A DNA stretch of 31,460 bases from a virus (lineage: Duplodnaviria > Caudoviricetes). Shown here piece after piece: positions 1-8,715 of this stretch. The translations under genes and the position numbers were made by a program. Under the pieces are notes generated by a model. That model worked only from the letters and a program-made list of their open reading frames with translations. It was not told the DNA's origin and did not search any database. How positions within the stretch are numbered: position 1 is the stretch's first letter; every line of letters begins with the position of its first letter. The stretch spans positions 1-31,460 of the IMG/VR virus record IMGVR_UViG_3300047295_000050; one strand, written 5' to 3'.

Positions 1-51
1 CCACCCCCTGCCCCGGTGGGGTCCGAGCGGCGGGCGGTCAATGGTACGGAC

Positions 52-138
52 CCCCCAGACAAATTTTTTGAACGCCGCGAAAAGTGCCCCCCGCACAAAT
101 TTTTTGAATTCAAAAATCTCGCACGCTTCGCGTATCAT
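52..138. promoter_or_regulatory. AT-rich element upstream of terS (candidate late promoter / packaging site)
   Basis: ACAAATTTTTTGAA occurs twice (~59-72, ~96-109); perfect palindrome TTTTTGAATTCAAAAA at 101-116; -10-like TATCAT at 133-138. Confidence 0.4.
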
Positions 139-145
139 CGCGCCT

Positions 146-622
146 ATGTTCCGCGACCTTCCCATCACCGCCAGAGAGTTGAAAGCCACGCCAGCAATGC
201 TGGAGCGCATATACGAGGGCGCGAAGCTGGGATTGCGCGGCGATTCGCTGGCGCTGGCTGCGGGAATGTTGCCGGTGGAGTTGGCGCGGCTGAAGCTGAT
301 GGACCCAATCGCGGAGATCGCGGAGATGAAGGGCAGAGCCGACAGCGAGATGACGATGTCGCGGACGCTGTACGAGGCGGCCGAGGGCGGGGACGCGAAG
401 GCGGCGCTGGAGTTTCTGAAGCACCGCCACGATTGGGTAGCGAAGCAGCAGGTGCAGGTAGACGTCGCGCAGTCGATCTCAATTACTGCGGCGCTGGAGA
501 TGGCCGAAAAGCGCGTGAAGGCTGCGGAGGCGATTGAGGATGCGGTAGAAATCCGCCGGCCGGTAGCAGCGACGCTGGCGCGGCCGCAGGCTTTGACGGA
601 AATGGCCGAAGGCCCGGTGTAA
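146..622 (+). CDS. terS: Terminase small subunit (putative)
   Basis: Directly upstream of terL; helical protein with GDAKAALEFLK segment typical of TerS-like proteins. ATG 146 preferred to ATG 41 because 41-145 looks regulatory. Confidence 0.7.
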   Translation: MFRDLPITARELKATPAMLERIYEGAKLGLRGDSLALAAGMLPVELARLKLMDPIAEIAEMKGRADSEMTMSRTLYEAAEGGDAKAALEFLKHRHDWVAKQQVQVDVAQSISITAALEMAEKRVKAAEAIEDAVEIRRPVAATLARPQALTEMAEGPV

Positions 623-634
623 CCGAGGAATTGC

Positions 635-2167
635 GTGCAGACGACGAAATACACCCCGCAGGAAGAACAGGCGCTGATGTCGCGCCTGTGGAGCGCGAAG
701 CTACGCGACGACCCCGAAGCGTTCGTAATGTTCGTGTTTCCCTGGGGCGAGAAAGGTACGCCGCTGGAAAAGCGCACCGGCCCGCGAAAGTGGCAGCGGG
801 AGATTCTGCGGAAGATACGGACGCACATCGAGCAGAACGGCAGCAGGGACCTCTACGAGGTATTCCGCTTGGCGGTGGCCTCCGGCCGAGGAATTGGGAA
901 GTCGGCGCTGGTGAGTTGGCTCGTACTCTGGATGCTCTCGACGCGGATCGGCGCGAGCGTGATCGTGAGTGCGAACAGCGAGGCGCAGTTGCGCAGCGTG
1001 ACCTGGGCCGAGATCACGAAGTGGCTGGCGATGCTGATGAACTCGCACTGGTTCGAGATTAGCGCCACGCGAATCGTGCCGGCGAAGTGGCTGACGGAAC
1101 TGGTGGAGCGCGATCTGAAGAAAGGCACGCGATACTGGGGCGCGGAGGGTAAACTCTGGAGCGAGGAAAACCCCGACGCGTACGCTGGCGCGCACAATGA
1201 CGACGGCATGATGGTTGTGTTCGACGAAGCCAGCGGTATTCCGGACAGTATCTGGAGCGTGGCAGCCGGGTTTTTCACCGAAAATACGCCGCACAGATTC
1301 TGGTGCGCGTTCAGTAACCCGCGACGGAATTCGGGGTACTTTTTCGAGTGTTTTAACGCCAAGCGGAACTTCTGGAGCACGCAGAATATTGACGCCAGAA
1401 CGGTAGAGGACACCGATAAAGGCGTGTACCAGGCGATTATTGACGAGTACGGCGAGGATTCGCCGCAGGCAATGGTCGAGGTGTACGGCGAGTTTCCCGG
1501 CGCGGATGAGTATCAGTTTATTCCGCTGGGGCTGGTGGAAGAAGCCGGCAAGCGGCCGCCGATGCGCGACCCGGAAGCGCCGGTGGTGCTGGGGGTGGAC
1601 CCTGCGCGGTACGGGGCGGACGCGACAATTATTGTGGCGCGCCGGGGGCGGGATTTGTTGGAGGTCCGGCGGTTCCGGGGCGATGACACGATGACGGTGG
1701 TGGGGCACGTCATTGAGGCGATCGAGGATTTCCGGCCGGTGCTGACGGTGATTGACGAAGGCGGCCTGGGCGCGGGCGTGCTGGACAGACTGCTGGAACA
1801 GCGGTATAAGGTGCGCGGTGTAAATTTTGGCTGGAAGGCCAAGGATCAAAAGGCGTACCAGAACAAGCGGGCTGAGATGTGGGGCGCGATGAAACAGTGG
1901 CTGCGCACGGCGTCGATCAAGGACGACAGGAACCTGAAGAAGGACCTGTGCGGCCCGAGGACTCGGCCAAACTCGTCTGGGGCGATTGCGCTGGAGACGA
2001 AAGAGCAGATGAAGGCCCGGGGTTTGGCGTCGCCCGACGCTGCTGACGCACTGGCGGTGACGTTTGCGTTTTCCGTGGCGCACAGGGAGTACAATCCGCG
2101 CAGCCAGCACCGGGTGGTCACGACGCATGGAGGAGCCACGCAGTCGGCCGGGTGGATGGCGCACTGA
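635..2167 (+). CDS. terL: Terminase large subunit
   Basis: Walker A ASGRGIGKS, Walker B MMVVFDEASG, FSNP coupling motif, RNase H-like LGVDPARYG and SPDAADALA; GAGG upstream of GTG. Confidence 0.96.
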   Translation: MQTTKYTPQEEQALMSRLWSAKLRDDPEAFVMFVFPWGEKGTPLEKRTGPRKWQREILRKIRTHIEQNGSRDLYEVFRLAVASGRGIGKSALVSWLVLWMLSTRIGASVIVSANSEAQLRSVTWAEITKWLAMLMNSHWFEISATRIVPAKWLTELVERDLKKGTRYWGAEGKLWSEENPDAYAGAHNDDGMMVVFDEASGIPDSIWSVAAGFFTENTPHRFWCAFSNPRRNSGYFFECFNAKRNFWSTQNIDARTVEDTDKGVYQAIIDEYGEDSPQAMVEVYGEFPGADEYQFIPLGLVEEAGKRPPMRDPEAPVVLGVDPARYGADATIIVARRGRDLLEVRRFRGDDTMTVVGHVIEAIEDFRPVLTVIDEGGLGAGVLDRLLEQRYKVRGVNFGWKAKDQKAYQNKRAEMWGAMKQWLRTASIKDDRNLKKDLCGPRTRPNSSGAIALETKEQMKARGLASPDAADALAVTFAFSVAHREYNPRSQHRVVTTHGGATQSAGWMAH

Positions 2168-2176
2168 GGGTCTGTC

Positions 2177-2431
2177 ATGGCGAAGTCAGTGTCTCTGAGC
2201 GTTGGTCGAGGCGAAAAGCTGCCCACGAAGCAGGGCGCCGGCCTGACAGCCAAGGGCCGCGAGAAGTACAACCGCGAAACGGGGTCGAATCTCAAGGCGC
2301 CGGCGCCGAACCCAAAGACTGAGGCCGACGCTGCTCGGAAAAAGTCGTTCTGCGGGCGCATGGGTGCAGTGGCCGCGAAAGCGGAAAACGGCGAGCGCGC
2401 CAAAGCCGCGCTGAAGCGCTGGAAATGCTGA
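2177..2431 (+). CDS. Small basic phage protein, DUF6321-like
   Basis: 84 aa Lys/Arg-rich; GLTAKGR..YNRETGSNLKAP..RKKSFCGRM..ALKRWKC pattern recalled from DUF6321; GAGG RBS. Confidence 0.7.
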   Translation: MAKSVSLSVGRGEKLPTKQGAGLTAKGREKYNRETGSNLKAPAPNPKTEADAARKKSFCGRMGAVAAKAENGERAKAALKRWKC

Positions 2432-2444
2432 CCGCGAGGTAAAA

Positions 2445-2603
2445 ATGGCCACAAAACCCGGTCTCTATGCCAATATTCACGCCAAACGCGAGCGCATTGC
2501 TGCCGGAAGCGGCGAAAAGATGCGCAAACCGGGCTCACCTGGCGCGCCTACGGCAAAAGCGTTTCGCGAGTCGGCCAAAACGGCCAAACCGAAGGGGAAA
2601 TGA
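2445..2603 (+). CDS. Small basic phage protein (52 aa; not in ORF track)
   Basis: GAGGT RBS; MATKPGLYANIHAKRERIAAGSGEKMRKPGSPGAPTAKAFRESAKTAKPKGK; fills the gap, next ATG 1 nt after stop. Confidence 0.8.
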   Translation: MATKPGLYANIHAKRERIAAGSGEKMRKPGSPGAPTAKAFRESAKTAKPKGK

Positions 2604-2604
2604 T

Positions 2605-3270
2605 ATGCCCCTTAACGCGCTAACGCCAAAGGCTCAAAATTCGTTGGTTAGGCAAACCGACGAAGTGCAAGACTTACTGTATCGGGCGGCGCAATTTCCG
2701 CAATACGGCGAATTGGTGGATTATTTGTCCGCAAGACGAATGATGCCGCCAATTGAAACTCAATTTATGGCCCCCTATAAAGGAATGTTTCACCAAAATC
2801 CGTTGATTGGCGGGCCGTTGCCTAAAACTGGAAAAATTACAATTCGGTCTGGTGGAGAAGCATCAACGGTTATCCATGAATTAACTCATGCAGCCGACGC
2901 TCAAATTAATAACCAATATTATGAGTTAAAACAACAAGAAAACCAAGGCAAAGAATTGTCGCCGGTGCAAAAGCAATTTGTTGATGCGTTTGAAAAAATG
3001 GTTCGCAAAGTGTCCGGCATTCCCGGTTGGCGATTGAGAGAATATAACAGAGCAAAAACGGCCGAAAAACTTGCGCCAGATTGGCTTAAACAACAGCGCG
3101 GCTATCGTTCTTCTGACGATGAACTGCCCGCGTTTGGCATGGGTAACACTGTTCATAGCACCAAAAAATGGCCAGACGCCCCGCCGCACGTCGACCCGAC
3201 GTACGCCACCGAATTTTCTGTTCTAATGGATTTGGCGCGCCGCGCGCAGCCTGTCATTCCAGGGAGGTAA
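2605..3270 (+). CDS. Putative zincin-like metallopeptidase (HExxH)
   Basis: STVIHELTHAAD with a possible downstream Glu ligand (DDELPAF). ATG 2605 follows AAGGGG; the 2467 start would overlap the 52-aa gene. More AT-rich than neighbours. Confidence 0.6.
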   Translation: MPLNALTPKAQNSLVRQTDEVQDLLYRAAQFPQYGELVDYLSARRMMPPIETQFMAPYKGMFHQNPLIGGPLPKTGKITIRSGGEASTVIHELTHAADAQINNQYYELKQQENQGKELSPVQKQFVDAFEKMVRKVSGIPGWRLREYNRAKTAEKLAPDWLKQQRGYRSSDDELPAFGMGNTVHSTKKWPDAPPHVDPTYATEFSVLMDLARRAQPVIPGR

Positions 3271-3271
3271 C

Positions 3272-3418
3272 ATGCCTTTGGTCAAATCCGCGTCCAAAGA
3301 CGCGTTTCGCAAGAACGTGAAAACTGAAATGGCGCACGGCAAGCCGCAGAAACAGGCGGTGGCGATTGCGTACAACACGCAGCGTGCGGCCAAGGCGCCT
3401 GCGAAGGGCAAGAAGTAA
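3272..3418 (+). CDS. Small basic phage protein (48 aa, DUF6496-like; not in ORF track)
   Basis: GGAGGT RBS; MPLVKSASKDAFRKNVKTEMAHGKPQKQAVAIAYNTQRAAKAPAKGKK; abuts the portal start. Confidence 0.8.
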   Translation: MPLVKSASKDAFRKNVKTEMAHGKPQKQAVAIAYNTQRAAKAPAKGKK

Positions 3419-3419
3419 C

Positions 3420-5573
3420 ATGGCACGCGACGACGGCATCAACGAGGCTCGGCGAGTAGCCGACGGCGGGTCGGATAAGTCTGAACTGCTGGCAGAAATG
3501 CGCACGCGGATGCAGTCCGCGCAGTCGGCGTTTTCGCTCACGCGGCAGGCCGAACTGGACGACCTGCGGTTCATGGCTGGCAGCCCAGACAACAACTGGC
3601 AGTGGCCGCAAGATGTGCTCGCTACGCGCGGCAGCGTGCAGGGCCAGACGGTAAACGCCAGGCCGTGTTTGACGATCAACAAGCTGCCGCAGCACGTTCG
3701 CAACGTCACCAACGAACAGCGCCAGAATCGCCCCAGCGGCAAGGTTATCCCTGCCGACGACCGCGCAGATTCCGAAGTAGCCGAGATTTTTGACGGCATT
3801 GTGCGGCACATTGAGTACATGTCTGACGCAGACGTGGCGTACGACACGGCTTGCGACAATCAGGTCACGTTCGGCGAGGGGTATATCCGCCTGCTGACGG
3901 AGTATTGCGACGAGGACACGTTCGATCAGGACATTCGCATCGGCCGCATTCGCAACGCGTTCAGCGTGTACATGGACCCGATGATCCAAGACCCCTGCGG
4001 GTCGGATGCGCGGTACTGTTTTATCACGCAGGACATTACTGTCGACGAGTTCGAGCGGATGTTCCCCGACGCCACGCCGATCACGACGCTGCGCACGCAG
4101 GGCGTGGGCGATGCGTCGATGGGGTACTGGCTGAACGAAAACACGGTGCGGATTGCCGAGTATTTTTACGTCGACGAGGAACGCGCCACGCTGAACCTCT
4201 ATCCTGGCGGCTTGACGGCGTTTGCCGGCTCTTTTGAGGCCCGCCAGATGGAAGCGATGGGCATGGAGCCCCTGCGGACGCGGGAGTCGTCTAAGCGCAT
4301 TGTAAAGTGGATGAAAACCAACGGTTTTGAGGTCTTGGAGGAGCGGGATTGGGTTGGAAAGTACATCCCTGTGGTGCGCGTGGTGGGCAACGAGTTTGAG
4401 GTGGACGGTGAGATTCACATCTCGGGCCTGGTGCGCAACGCCAAAGACGCCCAGCGCATGTACAACTACTGGGTATCGCAGGAAGCCGAAATGCTGGCGT
4501 TGGCACCGAAGGCGCCATTTATCGGGTACGGCGGCCAGTTTGAGGGTTACGAGAACCAGTGGAAAACGGCCAACACGCAGAACTGGCCGTATCTGGAGGT
4601 AAACCCTGATGCCACAGATGGAGCCGGAAACTCTTTCCCGCTTCCTCAGCGAGCGCAGCCGCCGATGGCGCAGCAAGGGCTTATCGCCGCCAAGATGGGC
4701 GCCGCTGACGACATCAAGGCAACTACGGGCCAGTACGACCCATCCCTCGGCGCGACTTCCAACGAACGATCGGGCCGCGCTATTTTGGCTCGTCAGGCTC
4801 AGAGCGATACCGGAACCTACCACTATGTGGATAACCTGGCCCGGGCCATACGGCATGTGACGCGTCAAATTATCGACATGATCCCCAAGATTTACGACAC
4901 GCAACGTGTGGCGCGGATCATTGGCATGGACGGTCAGACAACGATGGCCAAGATCAACCCGATGCAGCCGGAACCGGTGCGCGAGTTGAAGGACCAAAAC
5001 GGGGTCACCATCGAGAAGATCTACAACCCCGGCGTCGGCCGATACGACGTTGTGGTCACCACCGGCCCGTCGTACCTGACGAAGCGGCAAGAGGCGATGG
5101 ACGCCATGTCGCAGATCCTGCAAGGTTCGCCGCAGCTGTGGGCCGTGGCTGGCGACTTGTTTGTCAAGAACATGGACTGGCCTGGCGCGGAAGAACTGGC
5201 TGAACGCCTGCGCAAGACGATTGACCCGAAACTGCTACAGGATCAGGACGACCCGGCGTTGCAGGCCGCGAACCAGCAGATTCAGGTGCTGACGCAAGAG
5301 ATGCAGGCCATGCAGCAGATGTTGCAGAACGTTCAGCAGTCGATGGAAGCGCAGAAGATGCGCGTGGACGTGTTCAAGGCCGAGTCCGACGCCGAGATCA
5401 AAGCCTACGAGGCCGAGACGCGCCGTTTGCAAGCCGTGCAGACCGGCATGACGCCGGAACAGGTGCAAGAGATCATCATGCAGACGATGCGTGACATTGC
5501 TACCGTGGGCGATATGTCGATTGCCATGCAGGGCCAGATGCCCACGGCTGCACCACAGGGGATGCCAGTATGA
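3420..5573 (+). CDS. Portal protein, P22-like
   Basis: 717 aa after terL; RPCLTINKL, GEGYIRL, GLVRNAKDAQRMYNYW, SGRAILARQ, GPSYLTKRQEA and Gln-rich C-terminal barrel. Confidence 0.93.
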   Translation: MARDDGINEARRVADGGSDKSELLAEMRTRMQSAQSAFSLTRQAELDDLRFMAGSPDNNWQWPQDVLATRGSVQGQTVNARPCLTINKLPQHVRNVTNEQRQNRPSGKVIPADDRADSEVAEIFDGIVRHIEYMSDADVAYDTACDNQVTFGEGYIRLLTEYCDEDTFDQDIRIGRIRNAFSVYMDPMIQDPCGSDARYCFITQDITVDEFERMFPDATPITTLRTQGVGDASMGYWLNENTVRIAEYFYVDEERATLNLYPGGLTAFAGSFEARQMEAMGMEPLRTRESSKRIVKWMKTNGFEVLEERDWVGKYIPVVRVVGNEFEVDGEIHISGLVRNAKDAQRMYNYWVSQEAEMLALAPKAPFIGYGGQFEGYENQWKTANTQNWPYLEVNPDATDGAGNSFPLPQRAQPPMAQQGLIAAKMGAADDIKATTGQYDPSLGATSNERSGRAILARQAQSDTGTYHYVDNLARAIRHVTRQIIDMIPKIYDTQRVARIIGMDGQTTMAKINPMQPEPVRELKDQNGVTIEKIYNPGVGRYDVVVTTGPSYLTKRQEAMDAMSQILQGSPQLWAVAGDLFVKNMDWPGAEELAERLRKTIDPKLLQDQDDPALQAANQQIQVLTQEMQAMQQMLQNVQQSMEAQKMRVDVFKAESDAEIKAYEAETRRLQAVQTGMTPEQVQEIIMQTMRDIATVGDMSIAMQGQMPTAAPQGMPV

Positions 5574-5932
5574 GTTGCGAGAAGTTCATCGGGCAGCTGT
5601 TCTTGGCGCGTGATGTCACGCACAGCGTGCATCTGAACACCCGTTCGTACGCCAAGCACAAGGCGCTGGCCAAGTTCTACGACCAGATCATTGACTTGGC
5701 AGACAATTTTGCCGAGGCGTATCAGGGCAAATACGGCCTGATTGGTGCGGTGGAACTTCAGCAGGCCGTTAAGACAAACAACGTGGTGGAGTTCCTTGAG
5801 GACATGGTGCAGACCATCATGGACACCCGTTACGATGTCGTTGAGAAGGAATGCACGCCGTTGCAAAACATCATTGACGAGATTTTGGCGCTGTTCTACA
5901 GCACCCTGTACAAGCTAAAATTCTTGGCGTAA
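5570..5932 (+). CDS. Ferritin/Dps-like four-helix protein (DUF5856-like)
   Basis: HSVHLNTRSYAKHKAL..FYD..DNFAEAYQG pattern; ATGA overlap with portal stop. Confidence 0.7.
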   Translation: MSCEKFIGQLFLARDVTHSVHLNTRSYAKHKALAKFYDQIIDLADNFAEAYQGKYGLIGAVELQQAVKTNNVVEFLEDMVQTIMDTRYDVVEKECTPLQNIIDEILALFYSTLYKLKFLA

Positions 5933-5942
5933 GGAGCCAACT

Positions 5943-6245
5943 GTGGAACTCTTGAACCCCATGTCTGATGCGGTTTTTGCCGCGCAAACCGCCTCTTACA
6001 CCGGCACCGCTGGCAGCACGACGGGTTGGCCAGCAGGCCCGCAAGGTGTTGTTGTGTGGTCAACCACTGCGGCGTATGTTGTTGTTGGTGAAGGCGTTAC
6101 GGCCACAACATCTGCCACGCCCATTCCGGCCAACACGCCGATTCCGTTTAAAGTTCCGGGCGGCACGGGTGCGCCGTGGCGCGTTAGCGCCATCCAGATT
6201 GGCAGCAACGGAACCGTGTACGCCAAGCCCATCAACATTCAATAA
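5943..6245 (+). CDS. Hypothetical virion protein
   Basis: AAGGAG RBS; 100 aa Thr/Ala/Gly-rich beta-type sequence in the structural operon. Confidence 0.65.
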   Translation: MELLNPMSDAVFAAQTASYTGTAGSTTGWPAGPQGVVVWSTTAAYVVVGEGVTATTSATPIPANTPIPFKVPGGTGAPWRVSAIQIGSNGTVYAKPINIQ

Positions 6246-6256
6246 CGGGGCTTGAT

Positions 6257-6487
6257 ATGCCGTTTTTTGGCATTCCCATTCGCAACGGAATATCCATCGG
6301 CCTTGGAACGATTGCCAGTTTGGCAACCGATTTGGCTTCGCCCAATCCGGGGCCTCCGTGGATTGTGCTGACCAGCGCCGGAACGCCGTACAGCGTTGAT
6401 GAGGAAGTCAAGTCTAGCAACGGCACAAGCTATTACGTCGTCGAAACTGTTTTGTCCAGCACTGGTGCTGCGTACAACCCAATCTGA
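6257..6487 (+). CDS. Hypothetical protein preceding tail fibre
   Basis: 76 aa, tightly packed; internal repeat VLTSAGTPY / VKSSNGTSY / VLSSTGAAY. Confidence 0.6.
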   Translation: MPFFGIPIRNGISIGLGTIASLATDLASPNPGPPWIVLTSAGTPYSVDEEVKSSNGTSYYVVETVLSSTGAAYNPI

Positions 6488-6495
6488 GGTTTATC

Positions 6496-8118
6496 ATGGC
6501 CGCTTTCGAAGTTATTGCACTTGACACCGCGACGCCACAGTTGCGCGCCCCAGGCGCCAGTGACACATATACGTTTCCTCGTGCTGTAGAGATGCCGCTA
6601 GGCACCGCCAATGGCGTGCTGTACCTAGATGGCAGCAAGGTGGTGACGAGCGGGAGTGCGCTGACGTTTGATGGGACGAATTTATCTACCACGGGCAGCA
6701 TCAGCACCTCCAGCACGAACGGATACAACGTACAACTGTCGGGCGGCAATGCCTATCGAATGTACGCAACCGCTAATGATTTGGTATTCCGATCAGTAAC
6801 CGCAGGCAGCGACGTGATGACGCTGACATATGGCGGCAACCTCGGGATTGGGACGACTTCGCCTGCAACTAAGTTGCATGTAAACACTGCGACGGCTGGC
6901 TACGGCATAACGGTTGCGGCAAGCTCTCAAACAAGTATCACTTACCAGATCGGCATTGACAGTAACAGTAATCTGGCTTTCTACGACACCAATGCAGCAG
7001 CACAGCGTCTGGTGCTTTCCACCTCCGGCAACCTCGGCTTGGGGGTGACGCCGAGTGCTTGGGATAGCGGATATCGTGCGTTGCAAGTTGGCACTAGGGC
7101 TTCGTTTGCCCAAGGCTCAATCGATACTTATGTTGGCAACAACTGGATTAATGACGGAACAAATAAATACATTGGAACTGCTGCCGCATCTCTTTATGGG
7201 CAAACCGCAGGCGTTCACGCTTGGTACACCGCCCCCTCCGGCACCGCAGGCAATCCCATCTCCTTCACCCAAGCGATGACGCTGGATGCGAGTGGGAATT
7301 TGTCTCTTGGTCAAACAAGTGCAACGTATCGGTTGGACATTGGAGGGACAAACCCACGCATCCGAATTAATGAAACAACCGGCTATGTACTGACAAGTTA
7401 TTCCAACACAGGCGGTTCTTTTGATGTTGGGCGCGACAACTCGGCGGGACTTATTTCTGGTGAGGCTTACGCTGGCTTTCTTAATGTTGGCGGCGCGTAT
7501 CCGCTCATCTTCAACACAAACAACACCGAACGCGCCCGCATCACCAGCGGGGGGGATTTGCTGGTGGGGACTACGAGTTCTGGTGGAAAATTAACGGTTA
7601 GCACAGGGTCAGTTACTTCTCCTTTGTACGTATCAACTTCTGGCGCAGGCCGTATTGCAAATTTTATCAGCACGGCAGGATCAGACGCTGCGCAATTTGG
7701 AATTTACATTGCTAAGTTTGAAAACGACAGTACAACATCTCAGAGATTTGTTGGGTTTAGCATCAATAACGACACAAATGGTAGCGGCCAAATAAATGCC
7801 AACGGCGCTTCTCAGGCCGCTTTTGGTTCGTTTTCCGATGCCCGCTTAAAAGAAAATATTGTTGATCTGTCGCCACAACTTGCAAATGTCATGGCATTGC
7901 GCCCCGTTGAGTTTGATTACAAAGACGGCTCTGGGCATCAGACAGGTTTTATTGCCCAAGAAATGCAGCAGGTTTATCCGGATGCTATTGGTGAACAAGA
8001 AGGTTTCTTGACTGTTACTGGCTACGGAAAAACGGAAGCACGACTCATCAAAGCCATCCAAGAACAGCAAGACCTCATCACCGCCCTGACCGCCCGCCTC
8101 GCAGCGGCAGGCATTTAA
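6496..8118 (+). CDS. Tail fibre with C-terminal intramolecular chaperone (peptidase S74) domain
   Basis: Repeated GN(L)GIGT-type modules; FSDARLKENI cleavage site, LRPVEFDY, GFIAQE, LIKAIQEQQ coiled coil; GAGGT RBS. Confidence 0.9.
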   Translation: MAAFEVIALDTATPQLRAPGASDTYTFPRAVEMPLGTANGVLYLDGSKVVTSGSALTFDGTNLSTTGSISTSSTNGYNVQLSGGNAYRMYATANDLVFRSVTAGSDVMTLTYGGNLGIGTTSPATKLHVNTATAGYGITVAASSQTSITYQIGIDSNSNLAFYDTNAAAQRLVLSTSGNLGLGVTPSAWDSGYRALQVGTRASFAQGSIDTYVGNNWINDGTNKYIGTAAASLYGQTAGVHAWYTAPSGTAGNPISFTQAMTLDASGNLSLGQTSATYRLDIGGTNPRIRINETTGYVLTSYSNTGGSFDVGRDNSAGLISGEAYAGFLNVGGAYPLIFNTNNTERARITSGGDLLVGTTSSGGKLTVSTGSVTSPLYVSTSGAGRIANFISTAGSDAAQFGIYIAKFENDSTTSQRFVGFSINNDTNGSGQINANGASQAAFGSFSDARLKENIVDLSPQLANVMALRPVEFDYKDGSGHQTGFIAQEMQQVYPDAIGEQEGFLTVTGYGKTEARLIKAIQEQQDLITALTARLAAAGI

Positions 8119-8136
8119 CCACCAAAAGGAACCATC

Positions 8137-8463
8137 ATGACCCCAATCTGGACCATCGAGTACATGAAAACCACTCCCACGACGGCAACTCCTCCCGAGT
8201 ACGTCATCACCGCAGGATGGCGCTGCACAGGCACTGACGGCGCTTACAGCGGCACGGTGTACTCGACCTGCTCGTTCACGCAAGAAGGCGACACCTTCAC
8301 GCCGTACGCCGATCTGACGCAGGATCAGGTGTTGGGCTGGTGCTGGGCTGCTGGCGTCAACAAGGAAGCCACTGAAGCCGCTGTTGCTGGTCAGATTGAG
8401 AACCAGAAGAACCCGCCGGTGATTCAGCCTCCGCTGCCTTGGCCGCAAGGGGCCGCCGCATGA
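8137..8463 (+). CDS. Tail-fibre-associated protein
   Basis: AAAGGA RBS; FTPYADLTQDQVLGW..PPLPW pattern commonly seen after S74 fibres. Confidence 0.7.
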   Translation: MTPIWTIEYMKTTPTTATPPEYVITAGWRCTGTDGAYSGTVYSTCSFTQEGDTFTPYADLTQDQVLGWCWAAGVNKEATEAAVAGQIENQKNPPVIQPPLPWPQGAAA

Positions 8464-8633
8464 GCGACGCCAAGATTGCCTTGACTGACCTGACGGTCAA
8501 TGACATCAACATCATCATGGCCGGGCTGGGCAAGTTGCCCCTTGAGGCCACGGTCGACCTGTGGATGCGCATCAAGCAGCAGGGCGAAGCGCAACTCAAA
8601 CCCGCGGCCGAACCCGCTGGTTTGACGGATTAA
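8460..8633 (+). CDS. Small hypothetical protein (57 aa) ending EPAGLTD
   Basis: ATGA overlap with upstream stop; INIIMAGLGKLPLE..RIKQQGEAQ helical hairpin pattern. Confidence 0.75.
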   Translation: MSDAKIALTDLTVNDINIIMAGLGKLPLEATVDLWMRIKQQGEAQLKPAAEPAGLTD

Positions 8634-8641
8634 CGCGCTGC

Positions 8642-8669
8642 TTGCAGAAAACAATTTGCGTGGTATATT
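8642..8669 (+). promoter_or_regulatory. Sigma70-type promoter for scaffold/capsid genes
   Basis: TTGCAG (8642-8647), 16 nt, TATATT (8664-8669) with extended -10 TG at 8661; lies in the largest intergenic gap of the late arm. Confidence 0.6.
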
Positions 8670-8715
8670 CCGCGCCATCGTACCGGCCCGTTGACCGGGG
8701 ATTCCACGGAATCAA

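Noticed and set aside
701-2164. Long antisense ORFs (also 3282-5123, 9484-10767, 16959-18200, 23660-24655)
   Set aside because: Shadows of GC-biased sense genes; Arg/His-rich translations with no motifs.
2467-2604. N-terminal extensions given by the ORF track (also 41-145, 3366-3419, 23092-23283, 23616-23681)
   Set aside because: They overlap better-supported genes or regulatory DNA; the downstream starts fit gene packing better and most have clear RBSs.
7549-7555. G7 tract in the tail fibre as a phase-variation switch
   Set aside because: Short, in frame, and explained by Gly-Gly-Asp codons in a junction motif.
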